From Lytechinus pictus (Eukaryota): 64,000 nt of DNA. The DNA is taken from positions 16,678,001-16,742,000 of the forward strand of contig NC_087254.1 of assembly GCF_037042905.1 (NCBI RefSeq), given 5' to 3'. Under the pieces are notes generated by a model. The model had not been told where the DNA came from. It saw only the letters and a list, made by a program, of their open reading frames with translations, and did no database searches. Shown in pieces: positions 52,627 to 64,000 of the stretch (position 1 is the stretch's first letter; the number at the start of each line of letters is the position of its first letter). Position numbers and translations under genes: made by a program.

Positions 52627-53783
52627 GTTCGACAAACTCCCCTTTATTCGGGAGTTTTTTATTGTCAAATTTATAACCAAAATCACCTTTGTTGGAAGTG
52701 ATGACCTTCTTTCAATAAAAAAAAATTGCTTGTCGTTTTTTCATTGACAAACCAAGCACCAGAAAATCGTTCCCAGACACAGGGCTACCACGTGAGTAAA
52801 AAATAAAAAATGAAATAATAATAATAATAAAAAATCACCTCGCAAATCCCCAATTTAATAATAAAAAACAAATGTTATGGAGACATAATCATTATACATG
52901 GACTGAAAGAATATGTTCTCCCAATCTATGTGCAGGCGTGAATCCAGGGGGGGGGGGGGGGGGGCACGTGCCCCCTCTTTTGAGAAGCAAAATTAAAATT
53001 TGTAATGTAAAAATGCTGAGGTGTTTTTTTTTTGCTTGTCGAATTTTATCGGGTACGAATTTATATCCTTTATTTGTGGTTGAAAACCTGTCTATGTGGT
53101 ATATTGTGTTAACACTTGGATTATTAGGAGGTGTTCTTTGCAGTGGTGTAAATTTTGATTTGTACACCAAAGGCACTGCAATGTCGACTGACAATCCTAC
53201 AAGGGTTGCATTTATATTGCAAAACAAGTTTTCAATGATTTATGTCATAATTGTTTCATAAACACTTTTTAGTAATGATTATTAAGTTAATTTCATTGAA
53301 AATGGATTCGAAAATATACCTTAGTCATTGGCATCTGTAGTTGGCAATCATGCCATTTGGCGCAAATAAAATTTATATCACTGCAAATACACAGGGCTGC
53401 CAACTCCCACTCCTTAAGAGTGAAACTACCGGTAAATCGATTGGGGGAAAGTATTCCCAACAATATCCACCATTTCACTGAAATAATGTAAAACAGTGTA
53501 GGCCTATGTCATAACTTTGTCATCCTTTGTCCGATTTTGATGAAATTTCAGTGTTTTGTTGGTCAGCCTTGAGTACCCCTTTATAAGCACAACGATGTAC
53601 ATGAGAAATCGTGAAGGTGATATATATATTTCTCATTAAATATGATAAATCATTGTAAAATCTTGTTGTCCTTTTAATGGGATACACTATATTGGCCTAT
53701 ACCATTGTGTGTGACCTTCGCATGACTGGTGTCCTATAGCTGCTCTTGATGCCTAATCAGGGGCCTGTTTCATAAAGACTTAA

Positions 53784-54367
53784 AGGGGTAATCCAGTCTG
53801 AAGTTGATATGGTTTAAACAGATAAAGAAAATTCAGACAAACAAAACACTGAAAATTTGATCAAAATCGGACAAGGAATAACAAAGTTATGACATTTTAA
53901 AGATTTGCATTTTCTGGTGTAACAGTTCTAGGCATGTCTTCATGAATATTTAATGGACAAATTGATGATGTCATATCCCCACCTGTTCTTTGTATTTCAT
54001 TATATGAAATTGGGTTTATTCAAGTTTTTCCTCCAAAAACTAAAAAATTGGATCGACAACTGATTTAGTGCATTATATATTCATTGCTGCAGCTTGTTTC
54101 ATTATATGGGAGACATATTATTCACACATGTATGAAATAATGAAAAAATTATGATTTCGTGTAATAGCATAAGAAAAAGGAAAGTGGAGATGTGACATCA
54201 TCAGCCCACCTGATGTGTATATAACTGTTGTCACAAAATATTGTTAAACTTTAAAATTCAATAACTTTGTTATTTGTTATCCGATTTTGATGAAATTTTT
54301 GGCATTTTGCTTTGTGAATTTTACGCTATTTATTCAGATATAAACATTTTCAGCCCGGAGTATCCCT
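53784..54367. mobile_element. T2/Kolobok-type MITE nested in a smaller GGGCC-ended MITE (53760-54440)
   Basis: TTAA|AGGGGTAATCCAG ... CCGGAGTATCCCT|TTAA. Confidence 0.8.
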
Positions 54368-54630
54368 TTAATAATTTTACTATCAGCCAATCAAACTGAA
54401 TGATTTCAGTAGCTTTAAATCGTTATTGAAAATGGGACCCAGATCATTTTGATTCCCAGTAGCTAAAGCAAATCTTTGTTGAATATAATATAATTCACGT
54501 TGAACCATGCGAATGAAAAGTTTGTTAAAATTTCTGTAGGTTTTAAGAAATTTAGTCTTAGAGTATTGAAACACCAAGGGAAACAATATTAGGTAGTATC
54601 TCATAACCCAAGCACAAGAGCTGGTCACCA

Positions 54631-54999
54631 CACTGCAAAAACTTTGGTGTTGATTTAACACCAGCTCGGAATCTATATATGTCCACACCAGAGAAGTGTT
54701 AAACAACACCAGTTTCGTTTTGGTCTAACACCAGAAAGGTGTCTATTCAATAATAATAATAATAATAAACAGTTCTTGTATAGCGCATATCATGATTATG
54801 AATAATGTCTCTATGCGCTTCCAAAGGACTTGGATATTATTACCCCAGCTGTAGCTTGGCAGCCGTAATTACTACAACACCAATTAGTATTAAAACAACA
54901 TCGGTTTGATTCCAAACTGGTGTTGTTTCAATACTTCTCTGATGTGGACATATATAGATTCCGGGCTGGTGTTAAATCAACATCGGAGTTTTTGCAGTG
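54631..54999. mobile_element. CACT-ended (EnSpm/CACTA-like) palindromic MITE with an inserted SINE tail
   Basis: CA|CACTGCAAAAACT...AGTTTTTGCAGTG|CA (2-bp TSD); (TAA)n SINE tail at ~54750-54872. Confidence 0.75.
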
Positions 55000-55199
55000 C
55001 AGTCATGAATTGAATTGGGGGAAATTGAAAACTACACTATGAAAAATCATCCTAAGTAGACACTTATTTCTACTATCTACGATAAGTATTAGTGAGCCGC
55101 CTTCAAAAACGTTCTGCTCATAAAAATACTTTGTTAGAACTTTGAATATGATGCATATAATTTAGCAACGGTTTACCTTATTATATCAAGCAAGTAACT

Positions 55200-58100
55200 A
55201 AGTACAATCGATGAGAGAAATGGGATTCGACCATTGTATATCTCACTATATTGAGCAAATAACTACTGTTTTGAATAATAATTATGATGCAAAGAATTTA
55301 AACAGGGTATATCTCGATCATTATGTTAATCAAAAGTAACTAAGTACTGTTTTGAATAATATGATGTATGAAATTTAAACATGGTATATCTCATTGTATC
55401 AATCAAGTACAGTTGATTAGAGTAATGGGAATTGACCATGGTATATCTCATTGTATCAATTAAGTACAGTTGATTAGAGTAATGGGATTTGACCATTGTA
55501 TATCTAATCAATGAAGTAACTAAGTACTGTTGATAAGAGTGATGGAATTTGATCATGGCATATCTCATTGTATCAATCAAGTACAGTTGATTAGAGTAAT
55601 GGGATTTGACCGTTGTATATCTCACCAATCAAGTAACTAAGTACTGTTGATGAGAGTTATTGGATTTGACCATTGTATTCTCATTGTATCAATCAAGTAC
55701 AGTTGATTAGAGTAATGGGAATTGACCATGGTATATCTCATTGTATCAATCAAGTACAGTTGATTAGAGTAATGGGATTTGACCATTGTATATCTAATCA
55801 ATCAAGTAACTAAGTACTGTTGATAAGAGTGATGGAATTTGATCATGGCATATCTCATTGTATCAATCAAGTACAGTTGATTAGAGTAATGGGATTTGAC
55901 CGTTGTATATCTCATCAATCAAGTAACTAATACTGTTGATAAGAGTTATTGGATTTGACCATTGTATATATCATTGTATCAATCAAGTACAGTTGATTAG
56001 AGCAATGGTATTTGACCGTTGTATATCTCATCATTCAAGTAACTAAGTACTGTTGATAAGAGTTATTGGATTTGATCATGTCATATCTCATATTGTATCA
56101 ATCAAGTACAGTTGATTAGAGTAATGAGATTTGACCGTTGTACATCTCATCAATCAAGTAACTAAGTACTGTTGATAAGAGCGATGGGATTTGACCATCT
56201 AGCAAGGAACTAAGTACTGTTGATGAGAGTAAATGGATTTGACCATTGTATATCTCATTATATCAATCAAGTACTGTTGATGAGAATGATTGGATTTGAC
56301 CATTGTTTATCTCATTATATCAATCAAATAACTAAGTACTGTATTGGATTTGACCATGCATATATCTCATTATATCAATCAAATAACTAAGTATTGGATT
56401 GGACCATGGTATATTATTATAATTATATCAATCAAGGAACTGAATACTGTTGATGAGAGTGATGGGACTTGACCATGGCATATCTCATTTTATCAATCAA
56501 GTACTGTTGATTAGAGTAATGGGATTTGACCGTTGTATATCTCATCAATCAAGTTACTAAGTACTGTTGATAATACCTTGGTCGCATTTGCTTTACGGCG
56601 GCCGTACGGCGAGTCGAAAACAGCCGTTTTAACATTTTTTCCCAAACTACATATAGGTGGTTTGAATTGAAATTAATAAAACGGCTGTTTCGACTCGCCA
56701 TACTGCCGCCGTAGAGCAAATATGACCAAGGTATGAGTGATGGGATTTGACCATCTAGCAAGGAACTAAGTACTGTTGATGAGAGTGATTGGATTTGACC
56801 ATTGTATATCTCATTATATCAATCAAATAAATAAGTATTGTATTGGACCATGGTATATTTAATCAATCAAGGAACTAAATACTGTTGATGAGAGTGATGG
56901 GACTTGACCATTGTATATCTCATTATATCAATCAAGTAACTAAGTATTGTTGATGAGAGTGATGGGACTTGACCATTGTATATCTCATATCAATCAAATA
57001 ACTAAGTACTGTATTGGATTTGACCATGGTATATCTCATTATATCAATCAAGTAAGTACTGTTGATGAAAGTGATGGGAATTGACCATTGTATATCTCAT
57101 TATATCAATCAAATAACTAAGTACTGTAATGGATTTGACCATGGTATATCTCATTATATCAATCAAGGTACTAAATACTGTTGATAAAAGTGATGGGAAT
57201 TGACCATTGTATATCTCATTATATCAATCAAATAACTAAGTACTGTTGATGAGAGTGATGGGAATTGACCATTGTATATCTCATTATATCAATCAAATAA
57301 CTAAGTACTGTTGATGAGAGTGATGGGAATTGACCATTGTATATCTCATTATATCAATCAAATAACTAAGTACCGTTGATGAGAATGATGGGAAATGACC
57401 ATTGTATATAACATTACATGTATACCAATCAAGTGAGTACTGTTGATGAGAGTGATGGGAAATGACCATTTTATATCTGATTATATCAATCAAGTAAGTA
57501 AGTACTGTTGATGAGAGTGATGGGAAATGAGCATTGTATATCTCATTATATAAATCAAGTAAGTAAGTACTGTTGATGAAAGTGATGGGAAATGACCATT
57601 GTATATCTCATTATATCAATCAAGTAAGTAAGTACTGTTGATGAGAGTGATGGGAAATGAGCATTGTATATCTCATTATATCAATCAAGTAAGTAAGTAC
57701 TGTTGATGAGAGTGATGGGAAATGACCATGGTATATCTCATTACATGTATATCAATCAAGTAAGTACTGTTGATGAGAGTGATTGGAATTGACCATGGTA
57801 TATCTCATTACATGTATATCAATCAAGTAAGTACTGTTGATGAGAGTGATGGGAATTGACCATGGTATATCTCATTACATGTATATCAATCAAGTAAGTA
57901 CTGTTGATGAGAGTGATGGGAAATGAGCATTGTATATCTCATTATATCAATCAAGTAAGTAAGTACTGTTGATGAGAGTGATGGGAAATGACCATTGTAT
58001 ATCTCATTATATCAATCAAGTAATAAATATTGTTGATTAATGGGATTTAACCATGGCATATACTGTATCTTATTATATCTAACAAGTATCCAACTAAGTA

Positions 58101-58200
58101 CCGTTTTTAATCATATAATGTAATGTATAGGATTTAAACAGGGTGTATTTCATAATATTAATCCTGCAAGTAAATACTGTTGATGAGATTGATTTGATCA
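55200..58200. repeat. ~3 kb minisatellite, unit ~52-62 bp
   Basis: Consensus AAGTACTGTTGATGAGAGTGATGGGAATTGACCATTGTATATCTCATTATATCAATC, repeated roughly 45-50 times with variant blocks. Confidence 0.95.
56574..56733. mobile_element. 160-bp GC-rich palindromic MITE inserted in the minisatellite
   Basis: TACCTTGGTCGCATTTGCTTTACGGCGGC...GCCGCCGTAGAGCAAATATGACCAAGGTA. Confidence 0.85.
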
Positions 58201-60225
58201 TGGTAATGAGAGTGAAGGAAGGCAGTAGCGTAAGCAGGATTTTTTTTAAAGGGGGGGGGGGTTCAAGCTGAATGAAATGTTGACAACCTCCCCCCCAAAA
58301 AAAAGGTCTTCACTATCAATTTGAGGTCGTTTCCTCCCCAAAAAAGAATTGACAAGCAAAAAAAAAAAAAATAAATAAAGGTCTTCAATTTTTTTTTTGG
58401 GGGGTAACCACCCCCTGCGTATACTACTGAAGGAAGATTACAATTTTTTAGGTGATTAGGGTATAGATATGTTTCTATACTCTGTTCACATTGATATCGC
58501 CTCGACAGGAGTAAGACACAGTCTAATATTGGAACAATATTCAATAATGCGAGCCTAAAGCTTTTAAAAATTCTATGCAAGTGTTCCAAGACTTAAACTC
58601 TTAAATCACAACAGATCAGATAGAAAAGATTGAATCTTTGTGAAAATGATATAGATACATTTTATTCTCACTATATAATGCAAACACTACATTAATAATA
58701 ATAATAGGCATTTATATAGCGCCATCTATCTAGAAATATTCTATTCCCAGGCGCGTTGTTATTATTATTATCACCCCGGCTTTAGCTTAAATTAAAAATG
58801 AAAAGAATAATAAATGAAAGACCCATGATAACTATTATACACCAATGCACATTTTAATGGAAGACATTTTGTTAAGAAAATGCAATTTTACCCCTTCTAC
58901 TACAGATATGTGTTAGAATAAACTTAGGAAAACATTAGAATCATTTAAGCTTTTAATTCCTTTAATAGTCTGCAGGCACAGACCCTTGGTTTTCACAATT
59001 TGCTTTAACAGTGCATGATGCAGAGTCTGAAGTAGTGAGACTAGATTCACTATGTACTGTGGCTGCCTAAAACAGACAGAGACTTAGTCTTCACACTACA
59101 CGTGGTTTTGGTTAGAGTGTCAAATTTGAGTCTGCGCTTGCAGACTAGTGATTCCAGCCATTCATAATTCATGCCCATCAATGTTAATTGACAGGCCTCC
59201 CTTTCCTTGTGAGTTGACATATTTTTCCTAGATAGCAAATTCTGCGAGTGAGAAATTAAGAGATGAAGAAAGACTTCTCTGAATCCTTAGGGAAAATGGA
59301 GTAAAGAGTAAAAAACAAGAGTGATCCAAGGAAGACTATAAGTGTTTATTAATAAGATTCATAATTGCTTTGAAAGAGCAATATTGGGATTACTGCATGG
59401 TGTCAAGTAAACTGTTGTCAATCCATCACTCAAGATTAACACAAAAAAGTGACCTCACAAAAAAGGTGTGACCGGAGTGCATGTATTATGAAATGCACAA
59501 ATTACTTGTTAGGCAAATCATTTTCTTAAGTAAAAGTCACATTATGTAGACTATAATAAAAAAAAGAAGATAATGTGCAGAGTAATAATGAGCACCTGTA
59601 TATATGTGATATCAATCACCTAATTTCATTACTCTACAAAACATGAATTATAAGTGCAATCCTCCAACATATGATCTTAGGAACAAAACAATATTTTTTT
59701 TAAGAAGCTAGAGGAAGTGTAAAGTGCATTTTGGTGAAAAAAAAATTCTAAAATAATCTTCAAGAGATGCAAGTTTTCGATATACTTGTAAATGGGGTTT
59801 CTCCATTCTTTACAATAATCGACATCTCATAATAACTGAGTACATGGACAATAACAATTACAAATTGGGTATAGCCTTAGAAAAAATGGTTCAAGCTTCT
59901 TCCTGGATCAATCATTGAATTTCGTTTTTGTGAATATTTTTTATATTTCATATCATTCGTCACCTTTATTTCTTTAATTACTTGTGCACCACAGAAAGGC
60001 AATCCAGGCAAAAGCCATGATATCACAACAGTGCCTTGGGCAATCATTCATGTGCCCGTTCTCTTTCCATTGCATGTTTACAAATATTATTCATGTTTCT
60101 TGAATATAAAGGTTATATAAAATCTACATACAAGTTCATAACAATTGTTAAGTATAATATATAATATTCCATTACATATATTTTTTTGTATCATGTACAT
60201 GGATGTGTACAATATGATTGTCTTA

Positions 60226-60701
60226 CAAACTTAAAAGAAATTACACATTTAAAGAGCTATCTAGATCATGTATTCATTAAGATAATACATTTGAAAACAT
60301 TTTAACACATTACTAATTAAACAATATGCATTCTTTCTAAATTTTTCCTTGGTATATTTAGACAAGTTTTGTATCATTTATTAATGCAGAAGAAAAAATA
60401 ACAAACATTATTCGACCATTACTCACCCATACATAGAAAATAAGCTATAAAGTTTTAATTGCAAACTTAAAAGAAATTACACATCCAAAGAGCTATCTAG
60501 TTCATGTATTCATTAAGATAATACATTTGAAAACATTTTAACACATTACTAATTAAACAATATGCATTCTTTCTAAATTTTTCCTTGGTATATTTAGACA
60601 AGTTTTGTATCATTTATTAATGCAGAAGAAAAAATAACAAACATTATTCGACCATTACTCACCCATACATAGAAAATAAGCTATAAAGTTTTAATTGCAA
60701 A
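60226..60701. repeat. Near-perfect tandem duplication, 2 x 236 bp
   Basis: CAAACTTAAAAGAAATTACAC starts at 60226 and 60462; only ~3 mismatches seen. Confidence 0.9.
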
Positions 60702-61154
60702 TTGCACCGAAAAACATCAAATACAACTATTTTACGAATGAGAACTTACTCAGAATACCAGAATACTACAGTAGCAGGGTTCATAAACAAAATAAAAATG
60801 GAAATCTTCTGACTTCTTTTTAGATGTACACATAAAATGCTGATACACTAACTCAACATGTGCATTGCAGTAGTTTGGTTGTTATGCTATCATTTTGTTT
60901 AATTTCGTACAAAAATACTCTACCTTATTTGTAGAGGAGGAAGCACATTAATTGTAATATTGTGGCATTCTGGCTAACAATTCTTGGCAGCAAAATTGCA
61001 GAATAGTGATTGATGCACATATAAATGGGGAATTGTGGAAATTGTTTTTTTCAATACTATAATCATATTACTTATTTGAACCAACAGCAGTACTGCCGTA
61101 TCACTCGGGTGGCACAGTTGGGTTTGTAGTTGGTAAAGGGGGAGGCAGAGTTGG

Positions 61155-61600
61155 ATAGGTAGGTGGTTGAGATGAATTTGTTGGTGGTTGAAATGGACTG
61201 GTAGGTGGTTGAGATGATTGGTTGGTGGTTGAGATGGACTGGTAGGTGGTTGAGATGGACTGGTAGGTGGTTGAGATGGACTGGTAGGTGGTTGAGATGA
61301 TTGGTTGGTGGTTGAGATGGACTGGTAGGTGGTTGAGATGAATTGGTTGGTAGTTGAGATGATTGGTTGGTGGTTGAGATGATTGGTTGGTGGTTGAGAT
61401 GAATTGGTTGGTAGTTGAGATGATTGGTTGGTGGTTGAGATGGACAGATTGGTAGTTGAGATGAATTGGTTGGTAGTCGAGATGAATTGGTTGGTAGTTG
61501 GGATGGACTGGTAGGTGGTTGGGATGGACTGGTTGGTAGTTGAGATGGACTGATGGGTGGTTGAGATGAATTGGTTGTTGTTGTTTGAGATTGACTGGTA
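61155..61600. repeat. 20/21-bp tandem repeat in the protease 3'UTR
   Basis: GGTTGAGATGGACTGGTAGGT / GGTTGAGATGATTGGTTGGT units, about 21 copies. Confidence 0.9.
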
Positions 61601-61607
61601 TAGGTGA

Positions 61608-61790
61608 CTAGGATGGATCGGGAAACCGATTCTCTCGAATAGTTTTGTAGATGAAATCAATGTAACTCGAAACTCTGGTTTTCCCTGATGGCGTATATGC
61701 GCTGCCACAATCACGTAGTCCCCAGCTGTTTATTCCATAGATTACCCACTGACCATTCTTTTCTTGAACTATTCCACCTCCACTATCACC
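61608..61790 (-). CDS. Terminal exon of a trypsin/chymotrypsin-family (peptidase S1) serine protease; the rest of the gene lies beyond the window
   Basis: catag| acceptor, then GDSGGGIVQEKNGQWVIYGINSWGLRDCGSAYTPSGKTRVSSYIDFIYKTIRENRFPDPS*. It has the catalytic Ser motif GDSGG, SWG and the TRVS-Y-DFI C-terminal helix. A phase-0 intron before GDSGG is common in this family. Confidence 0.9.
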   Translation of the reverse strand, partial: GDSGGGIVQEKNGQWVIYGINSWGLRDCGSAYTPSGKTRVSSYIDFIYKTIRENRFPDPS

Positions 61791-61829
61791 CTATGATTGC
61801 AGAAAATATGAAAGGGGAAAAAGTGTTAT

Positions 61830-64000
61830 CAAATAAATCAAATCAAATCAAATCATTTATTTCCACAATAATATAAAAACATTGCAAATATGTACAAAAA
61901 TAGGAAACAAACAAACATAACTGAAAAAAGGAAAGTGAACCGAGTTGTTTAAAAGTAATACAAAGAAATGTATATTACTGTGGGGGAGCCAAAGAAGACA
62001 AGATAAAGTCTTAAAATCAGGCACCCAACATAAAATAAACAGATAAGTGCTATTAAAATAGACATTTCTTAACAATATGTAGCATGTAAATATGGCTCTC
62101 ATTCATAACTTTCAAGATAATAGTTAAGAAAAATTAACACATTCATAAAACAAAATCAAATAACGTTACGTATGGGAAAAGAATTTAGAATAATAACTTT
62201 GATAATGACATAAACAATACAAAAAAAGAAAGGATAAGTTTGATTTTTAAGCTCTACTGTTATTTTTTAAATTTGTATCAATCAGGTACTTTTTGAAATT
62301 ACGTTTAAAGGAATGGAGTGATACTGAGTTTTTTATTTCTTTTGGTAAGGAACTCCACAGTTTAGGGCCAGTGAATAAAAGAGTGGATTTAGCATATGAT
62401 GTTCGAACCTTTGGAAAATGAAAGTCATTGGCAGAACGGGTTTCATAAGAATGTAAATCTAGATTAAGGGGAAATAAATCAGAGATATGAGGAGGGTGTA
62501 GACGATGTTTGCATTTATACATAAAAATTCCGATTTGTAAATTCTTGATATCATATACAGTTAATAGTTTGAGTTTATGAAATATTGGAGCAGAGTGGGA
62601 ATAATATGAAGAATTGGAAATAAGGCGAACCGCTCTTTTTTGCAATTTGAATACTCTATCAGATAGATATTTTGGACAACAAGCCCAGATAATGTTACAA
62701 TATGAGATATGTGGGAGAAACAAGGTATTATAAATGGAAAGAAGTATTTTAGGCGGGAGAACGTGACGTAAGCGATACAATACACCGACAACTTGAGATA
62801 TTTTAACACAGACATCTTCGATATGATATTTCCATGACATGAGTTCATCAATATGGATACCTAGAAATTTTGAATGATTTGTATGTAATAATTCAGATCC
62901 ATTCATGTGTAATTTAATATCCTTAATATCATAATTAATGTTACTAAATACCATAAAATTAGTTTTAGACATATTTATAACTAATTTATTACATTTTAAC
63001 CAATTGCTTAAATTTTGAAGTTCATTGTTTAAAGTATAGGTTATAAAGGAAATATCATTATGAGTAAAAAAAATACTAGTATCATCTGCAAATTGTATAA
63101 AATTTAAAATATTTGAGGAGCATTGAATATCATTTATGTAAATAAGAAATAACAATGGGCCCAATATGGATCCTTGTGGAATCCCACAAACAATATTTAA
63201 CATAACTGAATTAATTGAATCAACAGAGACAAATTGTTTTCTATTTGTTAGATAATTCACAATCCACTGGTAGGGCGTTCCCCGTATACCACAGTGATAA
63301 AGTTTTTGTTTTAGAATATGATGATCTATGGTGTCGAATGCTTTGGACAAGTCGATGAAAATTCCTACGGTTGTTTTTTTATTTTCAATGGAATTTGTAA
63401 TATCTTTAGTAAATTTATTTAGAGCCAATGACGTTGAGAGACCCTCCCTAAATCCATATTGTGTACTATTGAGAATGTTATGAGACGATAAAAAATGGGA
63501 TACCCTGGTATATACACATTTTTCAATTATTTTTGAGAAGACAGTAAGAACAGATATTGGTCTATAATTCGTTACAGTTTCTTTTGATCCTGACTTGAAT
63601 ACAGGTATCACTTTTGCTATCTTAAGTTTATCAGGTACGATTCCTGTAGAAATTGATTCATTAAAAATATAGCATAGTTGTTTACATATAAATGGAATAA
63701 CTTTCTTAATAACTTTTATGTCTACGTTGTCGAACCCAGAAGAAGTATTATGTTTCAATTTATCTACAACAGATATGATTTCACTTTCAGATATTGGTTG
63801 AAAATATATTGAAAAAGGACATCGATTTAAAAGGTATTTTGAAGGAGGTTCGTTAGTTACATCACTTGTGTTTTTTATTTCTTCCTGCACATTTGGACCA
63901 ATAGAAGTAAAAAAGTTATTGAATTCGTTGGCTATTTCTTTTTGATCCGTAATAATGTTATTATTGTCGACAATTTTTGAAATTTTATTATGATTCTTTT
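61830..64000 (-). mobile_element. LINE (CR1-group, probably L2/Crack-like) 3' part: RT ORF, 3'UTR and (GATTT)n tail
   Basis: RT ORF followed by an ~390 nt 3'UTR, AATAAA (61856-61861) and a short tandem tail GATTTGATTTGATTTG. Confidence 0.9.
62247..63998 (-). CDS. LINE ORF2 reverse transcriptase domain (open to the window edge)
   Basis: IANEFNNFFTSIG, YRPISVL, DLSKAFDTIDH, GIPQGSILGPLLFLIYIND, FADDT, KFLGIHID; no stop or frameshift in the visible part. Confidence 0.93.
   Translation of the reverse strand, partial: KNHNKISKIVDNNNIITDQKEIANEFNNFFTSIGPNVQEEIKNTSDVTNEPPSKYLLNRCPFSIYFQPISESEIISVVDKLKHNTSSGFDNVDIKVIKKVIPFICKQLCYIFNESISTGIVPDKLKIAKVIPVFKSGSKETVTNYRPISVLTVFSKIIEKCVYTRVSHFLSSHNILNSTQYGFREGLSTSLALNKFTKDITNSIENKKTTVGIFIDLSKAFDTIDHHILKQKLYHCGIRGTPYQWIVNYLTNRKQFVSVDSINSVMLNIVCGIPQGSILGPLLFLIYINDIQCSSNILNFIQFADDTSIFFTHNDISFITYTLNNELQNLSNWLKCNKLVINMSKTNFMVFSNINYDIKDIKLHMNGSELLHTNHSKFLGIHIDELMSWKYHIEDVCVKISQVVGVLYRLRHVLPPKILLSIYNTLFLPHISYCNIIWACCPKYLSDRVFKLQKRAVRLISNSSYYSHSAPIFHKLKLLTVYDIKNLQIGIFMYKCKHRLHPPHISDLFPLNLDLHSYETRSANDFHFPKVRTSYAKSTLLFTGPKLWSSLPKEIKNSVSLHSFKRNFKKYLIDTNLKNNSRA

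Noticed and set aside
52303-52747. Repetitive ORFs (MAEVK)n, (GKNGR)n, (SAIFT)n and the mirror ORFs at 50729-51018
   Set aside because: These are translations of the 15-bp foldback unit arrays in several frames, not genes.
55200-58200. Regular repeat array superficially like CRISPR
   Set aside because: Units are contiguous with no unique spacers, there are no cas genes, and the context is eukaryotic; it is a minisatellite.
60974-61714. 246-aa ORF on the - strand
   Set aside because: It overlaps the protease exon out of frame and is open only because the 20/21-bp repeat lacks stops; it starts at a non-ATG codon.

Overview
This is AT-rich animal genomic DNA with GT-AG introns, many poly-G tracts and a 256-N assembly gap. 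The repeat landscape suggests a sea urchin or other echinoderm (inference). Two complete multi-exon genes were reconstructed by hand and converge on each other. GTPBP1 (+, 11 coding exons, 3836-17538, 639 aa) is a translational GTPase. TELO2 (-, 20 coding exons, 49893-27272, 865 aa) is a TTT/PIKK chaperone subunit. A third gene is visible only as a terminal exon missed by the ORF track: an S1-family serine protease exon starting with the catalytic GDSGG (-, 61790-61608). An uninterrupted LINE reverse-transcriptase ORF lies in its upstream intron. Introns and intergenic DNA hold many nested mobile elements: Helentron-like HINEs, TTAA-targeting T2/Kolobok-type MITEs, foldback elements, tRNA-derived SINEs and LINE fragments, plus a 3 kb minisatellite. 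Four observations stand out. (1) A 2.15 kb non-autonomous DNA transposon begins at both ends with the exact V(D)J RSS heptamer CACAGTG and has a TTA target duplication. (2) A duplicated decoy splice acceptor precedes the last GTPBP1 exon. (3) HINEs carry arrays of perfect DR1 nuclear-receptor motifs. (4) A sense-strand LINE poly(A) signal lies about 65 nt upstream of the protease catalytic exon. No prokaryotic system or CRISPR array is present.
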